A program made the translations under genes and the position numbers. From a virus (taxonomy: Duplodnaviria; Heunggongvirae; Uroviricota; Caudoviricetes): a stretch of DNA of 46,276 bases. Each line of letters opens with the position of its first letter. The stretch's first letter is position 1. The DNA lies in the IMG/VR virus record IMGVR_UViG_2623620505_000005. One strand, written 5' to 3'. The notes below the pieces were generated by a model. The model ran no database searches, had not been told where the DNA came from, and saw only the letters and a list, made by a program, of their open reading frames with translations. Below are positions 17,620 to 27,431 of the stretch, one piece after another.

Positions 17620-17658
17620 ATTTCCATTACACAGCACCCGCATCTGCGAGGTGGGGTT

Positions 17659-17874
17659 ATGAAATCCATGGATAAGTTAACAACGGGTGTCGCCTATGGC
17701 ACCTCAGCAGGTAGTGCCGGGTACTGGTTTTTACAGTTGCTCGATAAAGTCACGCCCTCACAGTGGGCGGCAATAGGTGTGCTGGGTAGTCTGGTATTTG
17801 GCTTGCTGACGTATCTGACAAACCTTTATTTCAAGATTAAAGAAGATAAGCGTAAGGCTGCGAGAGGTGAATAA
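17659..17874 (+). CDS. S: Pinholin (phage 21 S21-type) with dual-start motif
   Basis: 71 aa from the ATG at 17659; begins MKSMDK (two starts, Met1 and Met4) and matches my recollection of S21 nearly residue for residue. The track ORF starts 21 codons earlier. Confidence 0.85.
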
Positions 17875-18371
17875 TGTCGCCATCATTACGCAAGGCTGTT
17901 GCTGCTGCTATTGGTGGTGGGGCTGTTGCCATAGCGTCTGTGCTCATTACTGGTCCGAGTGGTGACGATGGCCTGGAAGGTGTCAGCTACATACCATACA
18001 AAGATATCGTTGGTGTATGGACTGTATGTCACGGGCATACAGGAAAAGACATCATGCTCGGTAAAACGTATACCAAAGCAGAATGCAAAGCACTCTTGAA
18101 TAAAGACCTTGCCACTGTCGCCAGACAAATTAACCCGTACATCAAAGTCGATATACCGGAAACAACGCGCGGCGCTCTTTACTCGTTCGTCTACAACGTG
18201 GGTGCTGGCAATTTCAGAACATCGACGCTTCTTCGCAAAATAAACCAGGGCGATATCAAAGGCGCATGTGACCAGCTACGTCGCTGGATATACGCTGGCG
18301 GTAAGCAATGGAAAGGCCTGATGACTCGTCGTGAGATTGAGCGTGAAGTCTGTTTGTGGGGGCAACAATGA
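17874..18371 (+). CDS. R: SAR endolysin (phage 21 R21-type lysozyme)
   Basis: 165 aa; N-terminal Gly/Ala-rich signal-anchor-release segment ([18 protein letters not shown]); closely matches my recollection of R21. Confidence 0.9.
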   Translation: MSPSLRKAVAAAIGGGAVAIASVLITGPSGDDGLEGVSYIPYKDIVGVWTVCHGHTGKDIMLGKTYTKAECKALLNKDLATVARQINPYIKVDIPETTRGALYSFVYNVGAGNFRTSTLLRKINQGDIKGACDQLRRWIYAGGKQWKGLMTRREIEREVCLWGQQ

Positions 18372-18805
18372 GCAGAGTAACCGCGATTATCTCCGCTCTG
18401 GTTATCTGCATCATCGTCTGCCTGTCATGGGCTGTTAATCATTACCGTGATAATGCCATTACCTATAAAGAACAGCGCGATAAAGCCACGTACATCATCG
18501 CTGACATGCAGAAGCGTCAACGTGATGTAGCAGAACTCGACGCCAGATACACAAAGGAGCTTGCTGATGCTAACGCGACTATCGAAAGTCTACGTGCTGA
18601 TGTTTCTGTTGGGCGTAAGCGCCTGCAAGTCGCCGCCACCTGTGCAAAGTCAACGACCGGAGCCAGCGGCATGGGCAATGGAGAAAGCCCAGGACTTACA
18701 GCAGATGCTGAACTCAATTATTACCGTCTCCGAAGTGGAATCGACAAGATAACCGCGCAGGTTAACTACTTGCAGGAGTACATCAGGACGCAGTGCTTAA
18801 AATAA
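18368..18805 (+). CDS. Rz: Rz i-spanin
   Basis: N-terminal transmembrane segment followed by a coiled-coil region; ATG overlaps the endolysin stop (ATGA); contains an embedded +1-frame Rz1. Confidence 0.8.
   Translation: MSRVTAIISALVICIIVCLSWAVNHYRDNAITYKEQRDKATYIIADMQKRQRDVAELDARYTKELADANATIESLRADVSVGRKRLQVAATCAKSTTGASGMGNGESPGLTADAELNYYRLRSGIDKITAQVNYLQEYIRTQCLK
18561..18752 (+). CDS. Rz1: Rz1 o-spanin (lipoprotein embedded within Rz)
   Basis: 63 aa entirely within Rz in another frame; lipobox LLGVSAC followed by a Pro-rich segment. Confidence 0.75.
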   Translation: MLMLTRLSKVYVLMFLLGVSACKSPPPVQSQRPEPAAWAMEKAQDLQQMLNSIITVSEVESTR

Positions 18806-18850
18806 TTTTAATTTCACTGAAATTTAACAAGTGAAGTGACTTTCAGGAAA

Positions 18851-18876
18851 ATGCCTCGCAGATGCGGGGCATTTTT
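18851..18876 (+). terminator. Rho-independent terminator after Rz
   Basis: 9-bp stem ATGCCTCGC / GCGGGGCAT with loop AGAT, followed by TTTT. Confidence 0.6.
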
Positions 18877-19168
18877 GTACAGGTATTTCACCGCGCACCG
18901 CAGCGCACTCAACCACGTCGAACCAAACCCTTTGGAATGAGCCTTTGAGTAGTCAGTTAGTGCTGGTGAGCCTTGACGGGCTGATCTCCTATGCAGCAAA
19001 GGTTCATCTCAAAGTAAGGCGAACGCTATGACAAACCAAGATTCTATAGACCTATCTGATCTTCGTGGAATGGTCAGTTTTCCAGACAAAAGGTAATCAC
19101 CATAGTCGTATGGCTATGAATCTTGTTGCTGCAGATAAGCATTTTGTGATTGAAGTGGTCAAATCTCT

Positions 19169-19199
19169 CAAATGCAGTAAAATGCAGTGCGCTATAATT
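19169..19199 (+). promoter_or_regulatory. Candidate promoter of the PD-(D/E)xK-like gene
   Basis: Perfect TATAAT at 19194-19199, preceded by a direct repeat AATGCAGT(A/G) x2; AAGGAG Shine-Dalgarno at 19216-19221; ATG at 19227. Confidence 0.3.
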
Positions 19200-19226
19200 C
19201 AGTAACGGAGGGAGTAAGGAGAAGTC

Positions 19227-19847
19227 ATGAAAGATCAAGATGTTAGGTTCGCGGTGCATCATAAGCTTTTGAAAGAATCGCATTTAGATCCTGACTGCCT
19301 TGTGGTCGATGAATTTTCCATATCCCTTGGCGCCAGTAGAGCAGACATTGCTGTAATAAATGGTGTTATACACGGGTACGAGCTCAAAAGTGAATATGAC
19401 TCTTTGGAGCGTTTGCCTCTTCAAATCAAGCATTATTCTTCTGTAATGGACAAGGTTACTCTTGTCGTAGCTGAGAAACATCTTGAGGGAGCATTAAAGT
19501 TAATCCCAGGTTGGTGGGGCGTTAAAACGGTTTCTGTTGGGCCAAAAGGCGCCATTCTTATAAAGCACATGCGTGGAGAAAAGCTTAATCGAAACCATAA
19601 CTCATTGATGCTCGCTCAATTGCTTTGGAAAGATGAATGTATCGACGTACTTGAACGATGGGGCTATTCCAAAGGAATCAAAAGCAAGCCCCGATTTGAG
19701 TTATGGAATATTATTGCGGAAAATATTCCAATAGCGAATCTCAGGCTTGAAGTCAGAACAGCCTTAAAGAAACGCGTAGGCTGGAAAGTTAAGGCTTGGC
19801 AGGCTGAGTCTGCGCCAACCAATAAAGCTGTCTCACGACTAACGTAA
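19227..19847 (+). CDS. PD-(D/E)xK nuclease-like protein (possibly sce7726-family)
   Basis: 206 aa; N-terminal residues in the order expected for a restriction-endonuclease-like core (E in VVDEF, D in RADIAV, E-x-K in YELK); AT-rich; 3' end overlaps the convergent neighbour by 59 bp. Confidence 0.55.
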   Translation: MKDQDVRFAVHHKLLKESHLDPDCLVVDEFSISLGASRADIAVINGVIHGYELKSEYDSLERLPLQIKHYSSVMDKVTLVVAEKHLEGALKLIPGWWGVKTVSVGPKGAILIKHMRGEKLNRNHNSLMLAQLLWKDECIDVLERWGYSKGIKSKPRFELWNIIAENIPIANLRLEVRTALKKRVGWKVKAWQAESAPTNKAVSRLT

Positions 19848-20856
19848 TATGGTGCGTATGTGCAACTTTACGCCATTCTTTAGAGCCGCCAGATTTGTTA
19901 GCGCCTAATGATCTTTGGTAAATGTAATCATCCCCCCAACTAAATTTGGAGCCAAAGACTTGATACTCTGGCGAACTAACAAGGGTAGTACATAAGTTTT
20001 TAGTTTGGCCCCATCCATTTCCTTTAACTGCGGTACCTTTTACAAAGATCCATGAGGTATCGTTCGAATATCTCACTGAGACATACTGAGACATGAAGCG
20101 TGGGTCTACGCTCGTAATGGTAGAGCTAGCGGTGGGATAATCACTAAAACTTGGCGTTCTTCCATTGCTAAAATTCTGTACTACATACATCCAAAGATCG
20201 TATTCATGGCGCGGAATATGATGAACTTGATGTTGCGGTATCCCTGCCTGTGATGCAGGGTATGCGGTTGAAGATAAAATCAAGTTTCTCCACGGAGCTT
20301 GGCCTGATAATGTGTTGACCATGCTTAATGCTTGTTGTTTTAAACTATCAGTTGCGTTTTGAATATCTCCAAAATCAATGATTACATCAATTAAACTAGG
20401 ATGAATATTTAAGTGGTTAACCAGACTTGTGAATTGGTGCCATGTCTGGGGGGTGATAGATATAGCGAGCCCATTGATTAAGTTGCGTTGAACAGCATGT
20501 ATATAGTTTGTTGAATATGCGGGAGAGACAACAGGGATAATTTCCTTACCATTTACTCTAGCATCTTGGATACACATATCTAGAGGATGATGGCGGCTCG
20601 AACCATGTTTATCTAAATATTTAACATCCAGCAAAACAGGACGATTGGCTTTCCAGGATGCCGCAAGATTAATACCGAAGTCAGATAAGTAAGAACTCAA
20701 ACTCTTCTTGTAGCATTCGTTTTCATAATCCCAGTCTATGTCTGGAATGGTAATGATCGGAGTAAAACCAGAGAGCGTAGTTTGATCTAAAAGCATCAGA
20801 GATTCATATTCAGCAGGCTTCCATTTCAGCTGTGGGTAATATTGATGTTGACTCAT
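19789..20856 (-). CDS. P4 beta-family protein (Beta_protein / possibly sce7725-family)
   Basis: 355 aa; N-terminus YYPQLKWKPAEYESL resembles the start of the phage P4 beta-protein family as I recall it; strong AAGGAG Shine-Dalgarno; convergent with and overlapping the PD-(D/E)xK-like gene. Confidence 0.55.
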   Translation of the reverse strand: MSQHQYYPQLKWKPAEYESLMLLDQTTLSGFTPIITIPDIDWDYENECYKKSLSSYLSDFGINLAASWKANRPVLLDVKYLDKHGSSRHHPLDMCIQDARVNGKEIIPVVSPAYSTNYIHAVQRNLINGLAISITPQTWHQFTSLVNHLNIHPSLIDVIIDFGDIQNATDSLKQQALSMVNTLSGQAPWRNLILSSTAYPASQAGIPQHQVHHIPRHEYDLWMYVVQNFSNGRTPSFSDYPTASSTITSVDPRFMSQYVSVRYSNDTSWIFVKGTAVKGNGWGQTKNLCTTLVSSPEYQVFGSKFSWGDDYIYQRSLGANKSGGSKEWRKVAHTHHITLVVRQLYWLAQTQPAKP

Positions 20857-21067
20857 TAAAACTCCTTAAAATCTTTACTTATCCTAAGTATAGTGTTATG
20901 GCGTAACGCCAATTGTTTTTATACACTTGAAAACATTGGGAAAAGTTGAGCTATATCTAAATTTACAAAATTGGATGTTATAGAAATCGAGGTTTCAACT
21001 AGGCATGGAACTGCAAAATTTTTAATGCCTGCACGCGAAAGTCGTTGGCGGGTCCTTTCCGGCGATC

Positions 21068-21091
21068 CGACAGGTTACGGGGCGGCGACCT
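21068..21091. other. cos site: cosN with the lambda-type 12-nt cohesive end GGGCGGCGACCT
   Basis: CGACAGGTTACG followed by GGGCGGCGACCT (21080-21091), as at the junction of the lambda genome ends; repeat-rich cosB-like sequence lies between here and nu1. Confidence 0.7.
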
Positions 21092-21267
21092 CGCGGTTTT
21101 TCACTATTTATGAAAATTTTTCAGGGAAAATCGTGTCGGTACTTCTCGAATATAACTTTTTGTTTTTTTTAATATTTCATCCGTAAAGGTCCGACATGAA
21201 AGTGTCCGAAAATGCCTTTTTCTGGCGTTTTCATGTCGGGCCTTGTATTTGATAATGGGTTGTTTTC

Positions 21268-21816
21268 ATGAAGGTTAATAAAAAGAGGCTTGCCGAAATT
21301 TTCAACGTGGACCCGCGGACGATTGAACGCTGGCAGTCTCAGGGACTCCCTTGCGCCTCCAAAGGTAGTAAGGGCATTGAATCTGTATTTGATACTGCCA
21401 TGGCAATTCAGTGGTATGCGCAGAGGGAAACTGATATCGAAAACGAAAAGCTCCGCAAAGAACTGGACGATTTGCGTGCGGCAGCGGAGTCAGATTTACA
21501 ACCCGGCACCATTGACTATGAACGCTACAGGCTCACAAAAGCGCAGGCAGATGCGCAGGAACTGAAAAATGCCCGTGAAGACGGAGTAGTGCTGGAAACT
21601 GAACTGTTTACCTTCATTCTGCAACGTGTGGCACAGGAGATTTCGGGGATACTTGTGCGTGTGCCGTTGACATTACAGCGTAAATATCCGGACATTTCAC
21701 CATCACACCTTGATGTGGTGAAAACTGAAATCGCGAAAGCCTCCAATGTTGCAGCTAAGGCCGGTGAAAACGTGGGCGGGTGGATCGATGATTTCAGACG
21801 CGCAGAAGGCAGCTAA
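21268..21816 (+). CDS. nu1: Terminase small subunit Nu1
   Basis: 182 aa; closely matches lambda Nu1 as I recall it, including IENEKLR and DLQPGTI(D/E)YER. Confidence 0.9.
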
Positions 21817-23716
21817 TGCAGCCGGTGCGATAGCTACAGGGCTTTTATCTCTCATTATTCCTGTTCCACTGACGACAGTTCAGTGGGCCAATAAACATTA
21901 TTACCTTCCTAAAGAGTCGTCTTATACCCCGGGGCGGTGGGAAACACTGCCGTTTCAGGTTGGCATCATGAACTGTATGGGCAACGATCTGATTCGCACG
22001 GTTAACCTGATTAAATCTGCCCGTGTTGGTTATACAAAGATGTTGCTGGGAGTGGAGGCTTATTTTATTGAGCATAAATCACGCAACAGCCTTCTTTTTC
22101 AGCCCACGGACTCAGCTGCTGAAGATTTTATGAAATCTCATGTTGAGCCAACGATAAGGGATGTTCCTGCATTGCTGGAGCTGGCTCCATGGTTCGGAAG
22201 AAAACACCGCGATAATACGCTCACCCTGAAGCGTTTTTCCTCCGGTGTGGGGTTCTGGTGTCTGGGTGGTGCGGCAGCAAAAAACTACCGTGAAAAATCC
22301 GTGGATGTGGTCTGTTATGACGAGCTTTCCTCGTTCGAACCGGATGTTGAAAAAGAGGGTTCGCCAACCCTGCTGGGGGATAAACGTATTGAGGGCTCTG
22401 TATGGCCAAAATCCATTCGCGGCTCGACGCCTAAAATCAAAGGCTCCTGCCAGATCGAAAAAGCCGCTAACGAGTCGGCACACTTCATGCGTTTTTATGT
22501 GCCCTGTCCGCACTGTGGGGAGGAGCAGTATCTGAAATTTGGCGATGATGCCTCGCCTTTCGGTCTTAAGTGGGAGAAGAATAAGCCAGAAAGTGTTTTC
22601 TACCTTTGTGAGCATCATGGCTGTGTGATCCATCAGTCTGAGCTTGACCAGAGTAACGGGCGGTGGATCTGTGAAAACACGGGCATGTGGACCCGTGACG
22701 GCCTGATGTTTTTCAGCGCCCGGGGTGATGAAATTCCGCCGCCGCGCTCCATCACTTTCCATATCTGGACGGCGTACAGTCCGTTCACCACATGGGTACA
22801 GATTGTCTATGACTGGCTGGATGCACTGAAAGATCCCAACGGCCTGAAAACCTTTGTGAACACCACGCTGGGCGAGACCTGGGAAGAGGCCGTGGGCGAA
22901 AAACTCGATCACCAGGTACTGATGGATAAGGTTGTGCGTTACACGGCGGCGGTGCCTGCCCGGGTGGTTTATCTGACGGCGGGCATTGACTCGCAGCGAA
23001 ACCGTTTTGAGATGTATGTCTGGGGATGGGCTCCGGGAGAGGAAGCCTTTCTGGTGGATAAAATCATCATTATGGGGCGTCCCGATGAGGAAGAGACGCT
23101 GTTACGTGTGGATGCGGCGATCAACAAAAAATACCGCCATGCAGACGGAACCGAAATGACTATTTCTCGTGTCTGCTGGGACATCGGGGGGATCGATGGC
23201 GAAATCGTTTATCAGAGGTCAAAAAAACATGGTGTTTTCCGGGTGCTGCCGATAAAAGGCGCATCTGTCTATGGCAAGCCGGTGATCACCATGCCAAAAA
23301 CCCGCAATCAGCGGGGCGTGTATCTGTGTGAAGTGGGGACGGACACCGCAAAAGAAATTCTCTATGCCCGTATGAAAGCCGATCCCACGCCTGTGGATGA
23401 AGCCACGTCGTATGCCATCCGTTTTCCTGATGATCCGGAGATTTTTTCGCAGACAGAGGCGCAGCAACTGGTCGCGGAAGAGCTTGTGGAGAAGTGGGAA
23501 AAAGGAAAGATGCGTCTGCTGTGGGATAACAAAAAGCGGCGTAACGAAGCGCTGGACTGCCTGGTGTATGCCTACGCGGCATTACGTGTGTCCGTGCAAC
23601 GCTGGCAGCTTGATCTGGCTGTACTGGCAAAATCCCGGGAAGAAGAGACGACCCGGCCAACCCTTAAAGAACTGGCAGCGAAGCTGTCCGGAGGAGTGAA
23701 TGGTTACAGTCGCTGA
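21788..23716 (+). CDS. A: Terminase large subunit A
   Basis: Lambda gpA-like throughout ([25 protein letters not shown]). Start chosen at the ATG at 21788, overlapping the end of nu1 as in lambda; the track ORF starts at 21746. Confidence 0.9.
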
Positions 23717-23906
23717 ACTGCAGGCGCTGCGTCAGGCGCGCCTTGATTTATTAACCGGTAAACGGGTGGTGTCTGTCCAGAAAGATGGTCGCAGAATTGA
23801 ATATACGGCGGCTTCTCTGGATGAGCTTAACCGGGCGATCAATGATGCGGAGTCGGTACTGGGGACAACCCGGCGTCGCCGTCGTCCGCTGGGAGTGAGG
23901 TTATGA
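23700..23906 (+). CDS. W: Head-tail joining protein W
   Basis: 68 aa; lambda gpW-like (TGKRVVSVQKDGRRIEYTA). Confidence 0.85.
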   Translation: MVTVAELQALRQARLDLLTGKRVVSVQKDGRRIEYTAASLDELNRAINDAESVLGTTRRRRRPLGVRL

Positions 23907-25495
23907 AACGAACGCCTGTCCTGATTGATGTGAACGGCGTTCCGCTTCGTGAGAGTCTCAGCTACAACGGGGGCGGTGCAGGATTTGGCGGGCAAATGGC
24001 TGAGTGGTTGCCACCGGCGCAGAGTGCCGATGCGGCCCTGCTGCCCGCGTTGCGTCTGGGGAATGCCCGGGCAGATGATCTGGTGCGCAATAACGGAATA
24101 GCGGCTAATGCGGTGGCTCTGCATAAGGATCACATTGTCGGGCATATGTTTCTGATCAGCTACCGTCCGAACTGGCGCTGGCTGGGGATGCGGGAGACCG
24201 CAGCAAAAAGCTTTGTCGATGAGGTGGAGGCGGCCTGGTCGGAATACGCCGAAGGGATGTTTGGCGAGATCGACGTGGAAGGAAAACGCACGTTCACGGA
24301 ATTTATCCGTGAAGGTGTGGGCGTTCATGCGTTTAACGGCGAAATCTTTGTGCAGCCGGTCTGGGATACGGAAACCACGCAGTTATTCCGTACGCGTTTT
24401 AAAGCCGTGAGTCCGAAACGGGTGGACACGCCTGGACACGGTATGGGGAACCGTTTTCTGCGGGCCGGTGTGGAGGTCGATCGATATGGCCGTGCCGTCG
24501 CGTACCATATCTGTGAGGATGATTTTCCGTTCTCTGGTAGTGGACGATGGGAACGGATCCCGCGTGAACTTCCCACCGGGCGTCCGGCCATGCTGCATAT
24601 TTTCGAGCCGGTGGAGGACGGGCAGACCCGTGGGGCTAATCAGTTTTACAGCGTCATGGAACGGCTGAAGATGCTCGATTCCCTGCAGGCAACACAGCTT
24701 CAGTCGGCCATAGTGAAGGCGATGTATGCAGCGACGATTGAAAGTGAACTTGATACCGAAAAGGCCTTTGAATATATCGCCGGCGCGCCACAGGAGCAGA
24801 AGGATAATCCGCTTATTAATATTCTGGAGAAGTTCTCCAGCTGGTATGACACGAATAACGTGACACTGGGCGGTGTCAAAATTCCGCACCTTTTCCCTGG
24901 TGATGATCTGAAACTACAGACTGCGCAGGATTCAGACAATGGATTTTCTGCGCTTGAACAGGCGCTGCTGCGGTATATCGCCGCCGGTCTTGGCGTTTCC
25001 TACGAACAGTTGTCCCGTGATTACTCGAAGGTCAGTTACTCAAGTGCCCGCGCCTCCGCCAATGAGTCGTGGCGCTATTTTATGGGGCGGCGAAAATTTA
25101 TTGCGGCCCGGCTGGCCACGCAGATGTTTTCCTGCTGGCTGGAAGAGGCACTTCTTCGGGGGATTATTCGTCCGCCACGGGCACGTTTTGATTTTTATCA
25201 GGCGCGATCAGCCTGGTCACGGGCAGAGTGGATTGGTGCCGGAAGAATGGCCATTGACGGGCTCAAGGAAGTCCAGGAATCAGTGATGCGCATTGAGGCC
25301 GGACTGAGCACGTATGAGAAAGAGCTGGCGCTGATGGGCGAGGATTATCAGGACATTTTCCGCCAGCAGGTCAGGGAATCTGCTGAGCGGCAAAAAGCCG
25401 GACTCTCACGTCCGGTGTGGATAGCGCAGGCGTATCAGCAGCAGATAGCGGAGAGTCGCAGGCCGGAAGAGGAGACAACACCACGTGAGACGTAA
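23903..25495 (+). CDS. B: Portal protein B
   Basis: 530 aa; lambda gpB-like, in the lambda position. Confidence 0.9.
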   Translation: MKRTPVLIDVNGVPLRESLSYNGGGAGFGGQMAEWLPPAQSADAALLPALRLGNARADDLVRNNGIAANAVALHKDHIVGHMFLISYRPNWRWLGMRETAAKSFVDEVEAAWSEYAEGMFGEIDVEGKRTFTEFIREGVGVHAFNGEIFVQPVWDTETTQLFRTRFKAVSPKRVDTPGHGMGNRFLRAGVEVDRYGRAVAYHICEDDFPFSGSGRWERIPRELPTGRPAMLHIFEPVEDGQTRGANQFYSVMERLKMLDSLQATQLQSAIVKAMYAATIESELDTEKAFEYIAGAPQEQKDNPLINILEKFSSWYDTNNVTLGGVKIPHLFPGDDLKLQTAQDSDNGFSALEQALLRYIAAGLGVSYEQLSRDYSKVSYSSARASANESWRYFMGRRKFIAARLATQMFSCWLEEALLRGIIRPPRARFDFYQARSAWSRAEWIGAGRMAIDGLKEVQESVMRIEAGLSTYEKELALMGEDYQDIFRQQVRESAERQKAGLSRPVWIAQAYQQQIAESRRPEEETTPRET

Positions 25496-26990
25496 TCTTT
25501 CACACATTATTGCCGCAGCATTCAATGAACCGCTGCTTCTGGAGCCCGCCTATGCGCGGGTTTTCTTTTGCGCGCTCGGGCGCGAGATGGGGGCAGCAAG
25601 TCTTTCGGTACCACAACAGCAGGTACAGTTTGATGCTCCCGGAATGCTGGCTGAAACGGACGAGTACATGGCCGGAGGTAAACGACCTGCCCGTGTTTAC
25701 AGGGTGGTGAACGGTATTGCTGTACTGCCGGTGACCGGCACGCTGGTGCACCGGCTGGGTGGTATGCGGCCATTTTCCGGAATGACAGGCTATGACGGTA
25801 TTGTCGCCTGTCTTCAGCAGGCAATGGCGGATAGCCAGGTGCGGGGCGTACTGCTGGACATTGACAGTCCGGGCGGGCAGGCCGCCGGCGCGTTTGACTG
25901 CGCTGACATGATTTACCGCCTCCGTCAGCAGAAGCCGGTCTGGGCACTGTGCAATGACACGGCCTGTTCTGCAGCCATGCTGCTGGCGTCGGCCTGCTCC
26001 CGACGGCTGGTTACCCAGACATCCCGTATCGGTTCCATTGGCGTGATGATGAGCCATGTCAGCTATGCCGGTCATCTGGCGCAGGCCGGTGTGGATATCA
26101 CGCTGATTTACTCAGGGGCGCACAAGGTGGATGGCAATCAGTTTGAAGCGTTGCCGGCAGAGGTTCGCCAGGACATGCAGCAGCGGATTGATGCGGCGCG
26201 CCGGATGTTTGCCGAAAAAGTGGCGATGTTTACCGGTCTGTCTGTTGATGCAGTCACGGGAACAGAGGCCGCCGTTTTTGAAGGTCAGTCCGGCATTGAG
26301 GCCGGGCTGGCGGATGAATTAATCAATGCGTCGGATGCCATCAGTGTGATGGCCACGGCGCTGAACAGTAATGTCAGAGGAGGCACTATGCCGCAATTAA
26401 CTGCAACGGAAGCCGCCGCGCAGGAGAACCAGCGAGTGATGGGGATCCTGACATGCCAGGAAGCGAAAGGACGTGAACAGCTTGCCACGATGCTGGCAGG
26501 ACAACAGGGCATGAGCGTTGAACAGGCCCGGGCGATTCTGGCCGCGGCGGCACCGCAGCAGCCGGTGGCATCCACGCAGAGTGAAGCCGATCGCATTATG
26601 GCGTGTGAAGAAGCGAACGGTCGTGAACAACTGGCGGCAACACTGGCGGCGATGCCGGAGATGACGGTGGAAAAAGCCCGCCCGATCCTGGCTGCTTCAC
26701 CGCAGGCGGATGCCGGACCATCACTCCGTGATCAGATCATGGCACTGGATGAGGCAAAAGGGGCTGAGGTGCAGGCTGAACAGCTGGCTGCCTGCCCGGG
26801 AATGACTGTGGAGAGCGCCCGGGCTGTGCTGGCTGCGGGATCAGGTAAGGCAGAACCGGTCTCTGCATCCACAACCGCCATGTTTGAACATTTCATGGCG
26901 AACCATTCACCGGCAGCGGTACAGGGTGGCGTGCCACAGACGTCAGCAGATGGTGATGCGGACGTGAAAATGCTCATGGCCATGCCATGA
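25485..26990 (+). CDS. C: Head maturation protease C with nested scaffold (Nu3-like) region
   Basis: 501 aa; lambda gpC-like N-terminus (AFNEPLLLEPAYARVFFCAL) and S49/ClpP-like core; C-terminal part has three tandem ~38-aa repeats. Confidence 0.85.
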   Translation: MRRNLSHIIAAAFNEPLLLEPAYARVFFCALGREMGAASLSVPQQQVQFDAPGMLAETDEYMAGGKRPARVYRVVNGIAVLPVTGTLVHRLGGMRPFSGMTGYDGIVACLQQAMADSQVRGVLLDIDSPGGQAAGAFDCADMIYRLRQQKPVWALCNDTACSAAMLLASACSRRLVTQTSRIGSIGVMMSHVSYAGHLAQAGVDITLIYSGAHKVDGNQFEALPAEVRQDMQQRIDAARRMFAEKVAMFTGLSVDAVTGTEAAVFEGQSGIEAGLADELINASDAISVMATALNSNVRGGTMPQLTATEAAAQENQRVMGILTCQEAKGREQLATMLAGQQGMSVEQARAILAAAAPQQPVASTQSEADRIMACEEANGREQLAATLAAMPEMTVEKARPILAASPQADAGPSLRDQIMALDEAKGAEVQAEQLAACPGMTVESARAVLAAGSGKAEPVSASTTAMFEHFMANHSPAAVQGGVPQTSADGDADVKMLMAMP

Positions 26991-27026
26991 AGCCAGTGCT
27001 GACCATCAATAGGAGGTTTTTACAAT

Positions 27027-27374
27027 ATGGTGACGAAAACCATCACTGAACAGCGTGCGGAAGTACGTATTTTTGCCGGTAATGATCCGGCTCATACCGC
27101 CACAGGCAGCAGCGGGATTTCCTCGCCAACACCGGCACTGACGCCCCTGATGCTGGATGAAGCCACCGGGAAACTGGTGGTCTGGGACGGACAGAAAGCC
27201 GGTAGTGCGGTTGGCATACTGGTACTGCCGCTTGACGGCACAGAGACGGCGCTGACGTATTACAAGTCGGGAACCTTTGCGACGGAGGCAATCCACTGGC
27301 CTGAAAGTGTGGATGAACACAAAAAGGCCAACGCCTTTGCTGGCAGTGCCCTGAGTCACGCGGCGCTGCCGTAA
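27027..27374 (+). CDS. D: Head decoration protein D
   Basis: 115 aa; lambda gpD-like (DPAHTAT, TPLMLD, YKSGTF); AGGAGG ribosome-binding site. Confidence 0.85.
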   Translation: MVTKTITEQRAEVRIFAGNDPAHTATGSSGISSPTPALTPLMLDEATGKLVVWDGQKAGSAVGILVLPLDGTETALTYYKSGTFATEAIHWPESVDEHKKANAFAGSALSHAALP

Positions 27375-27431
27375 CACGTTATCAGGCCACCGCGGTGGCC
27401 TGACTGATTTCTGAATGAAAGGAACTGATTT

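Noticed and set aside
18814-18999. 61-aa minus-strand ORF after Rz, considered as a bor-like lipoprotein
   Set aside because: No signal peptide or lipobox and no similarity to Bor as I recall it; overlaps the Rz terminator hairpin.
20971-21186. 71-aa plus-strand ORF spanning the cos site
   Set aside because: Covers cosN and cosB, which are non-coding packaging signals; the sequence is explained by the cos motifs.
22112-22912. 266-aa minus-strand ORF antisense to terminase A
   Set aside because: Completely embedded in the conserved A gene on the opposite strand; no ribosome-binding site, no domain.
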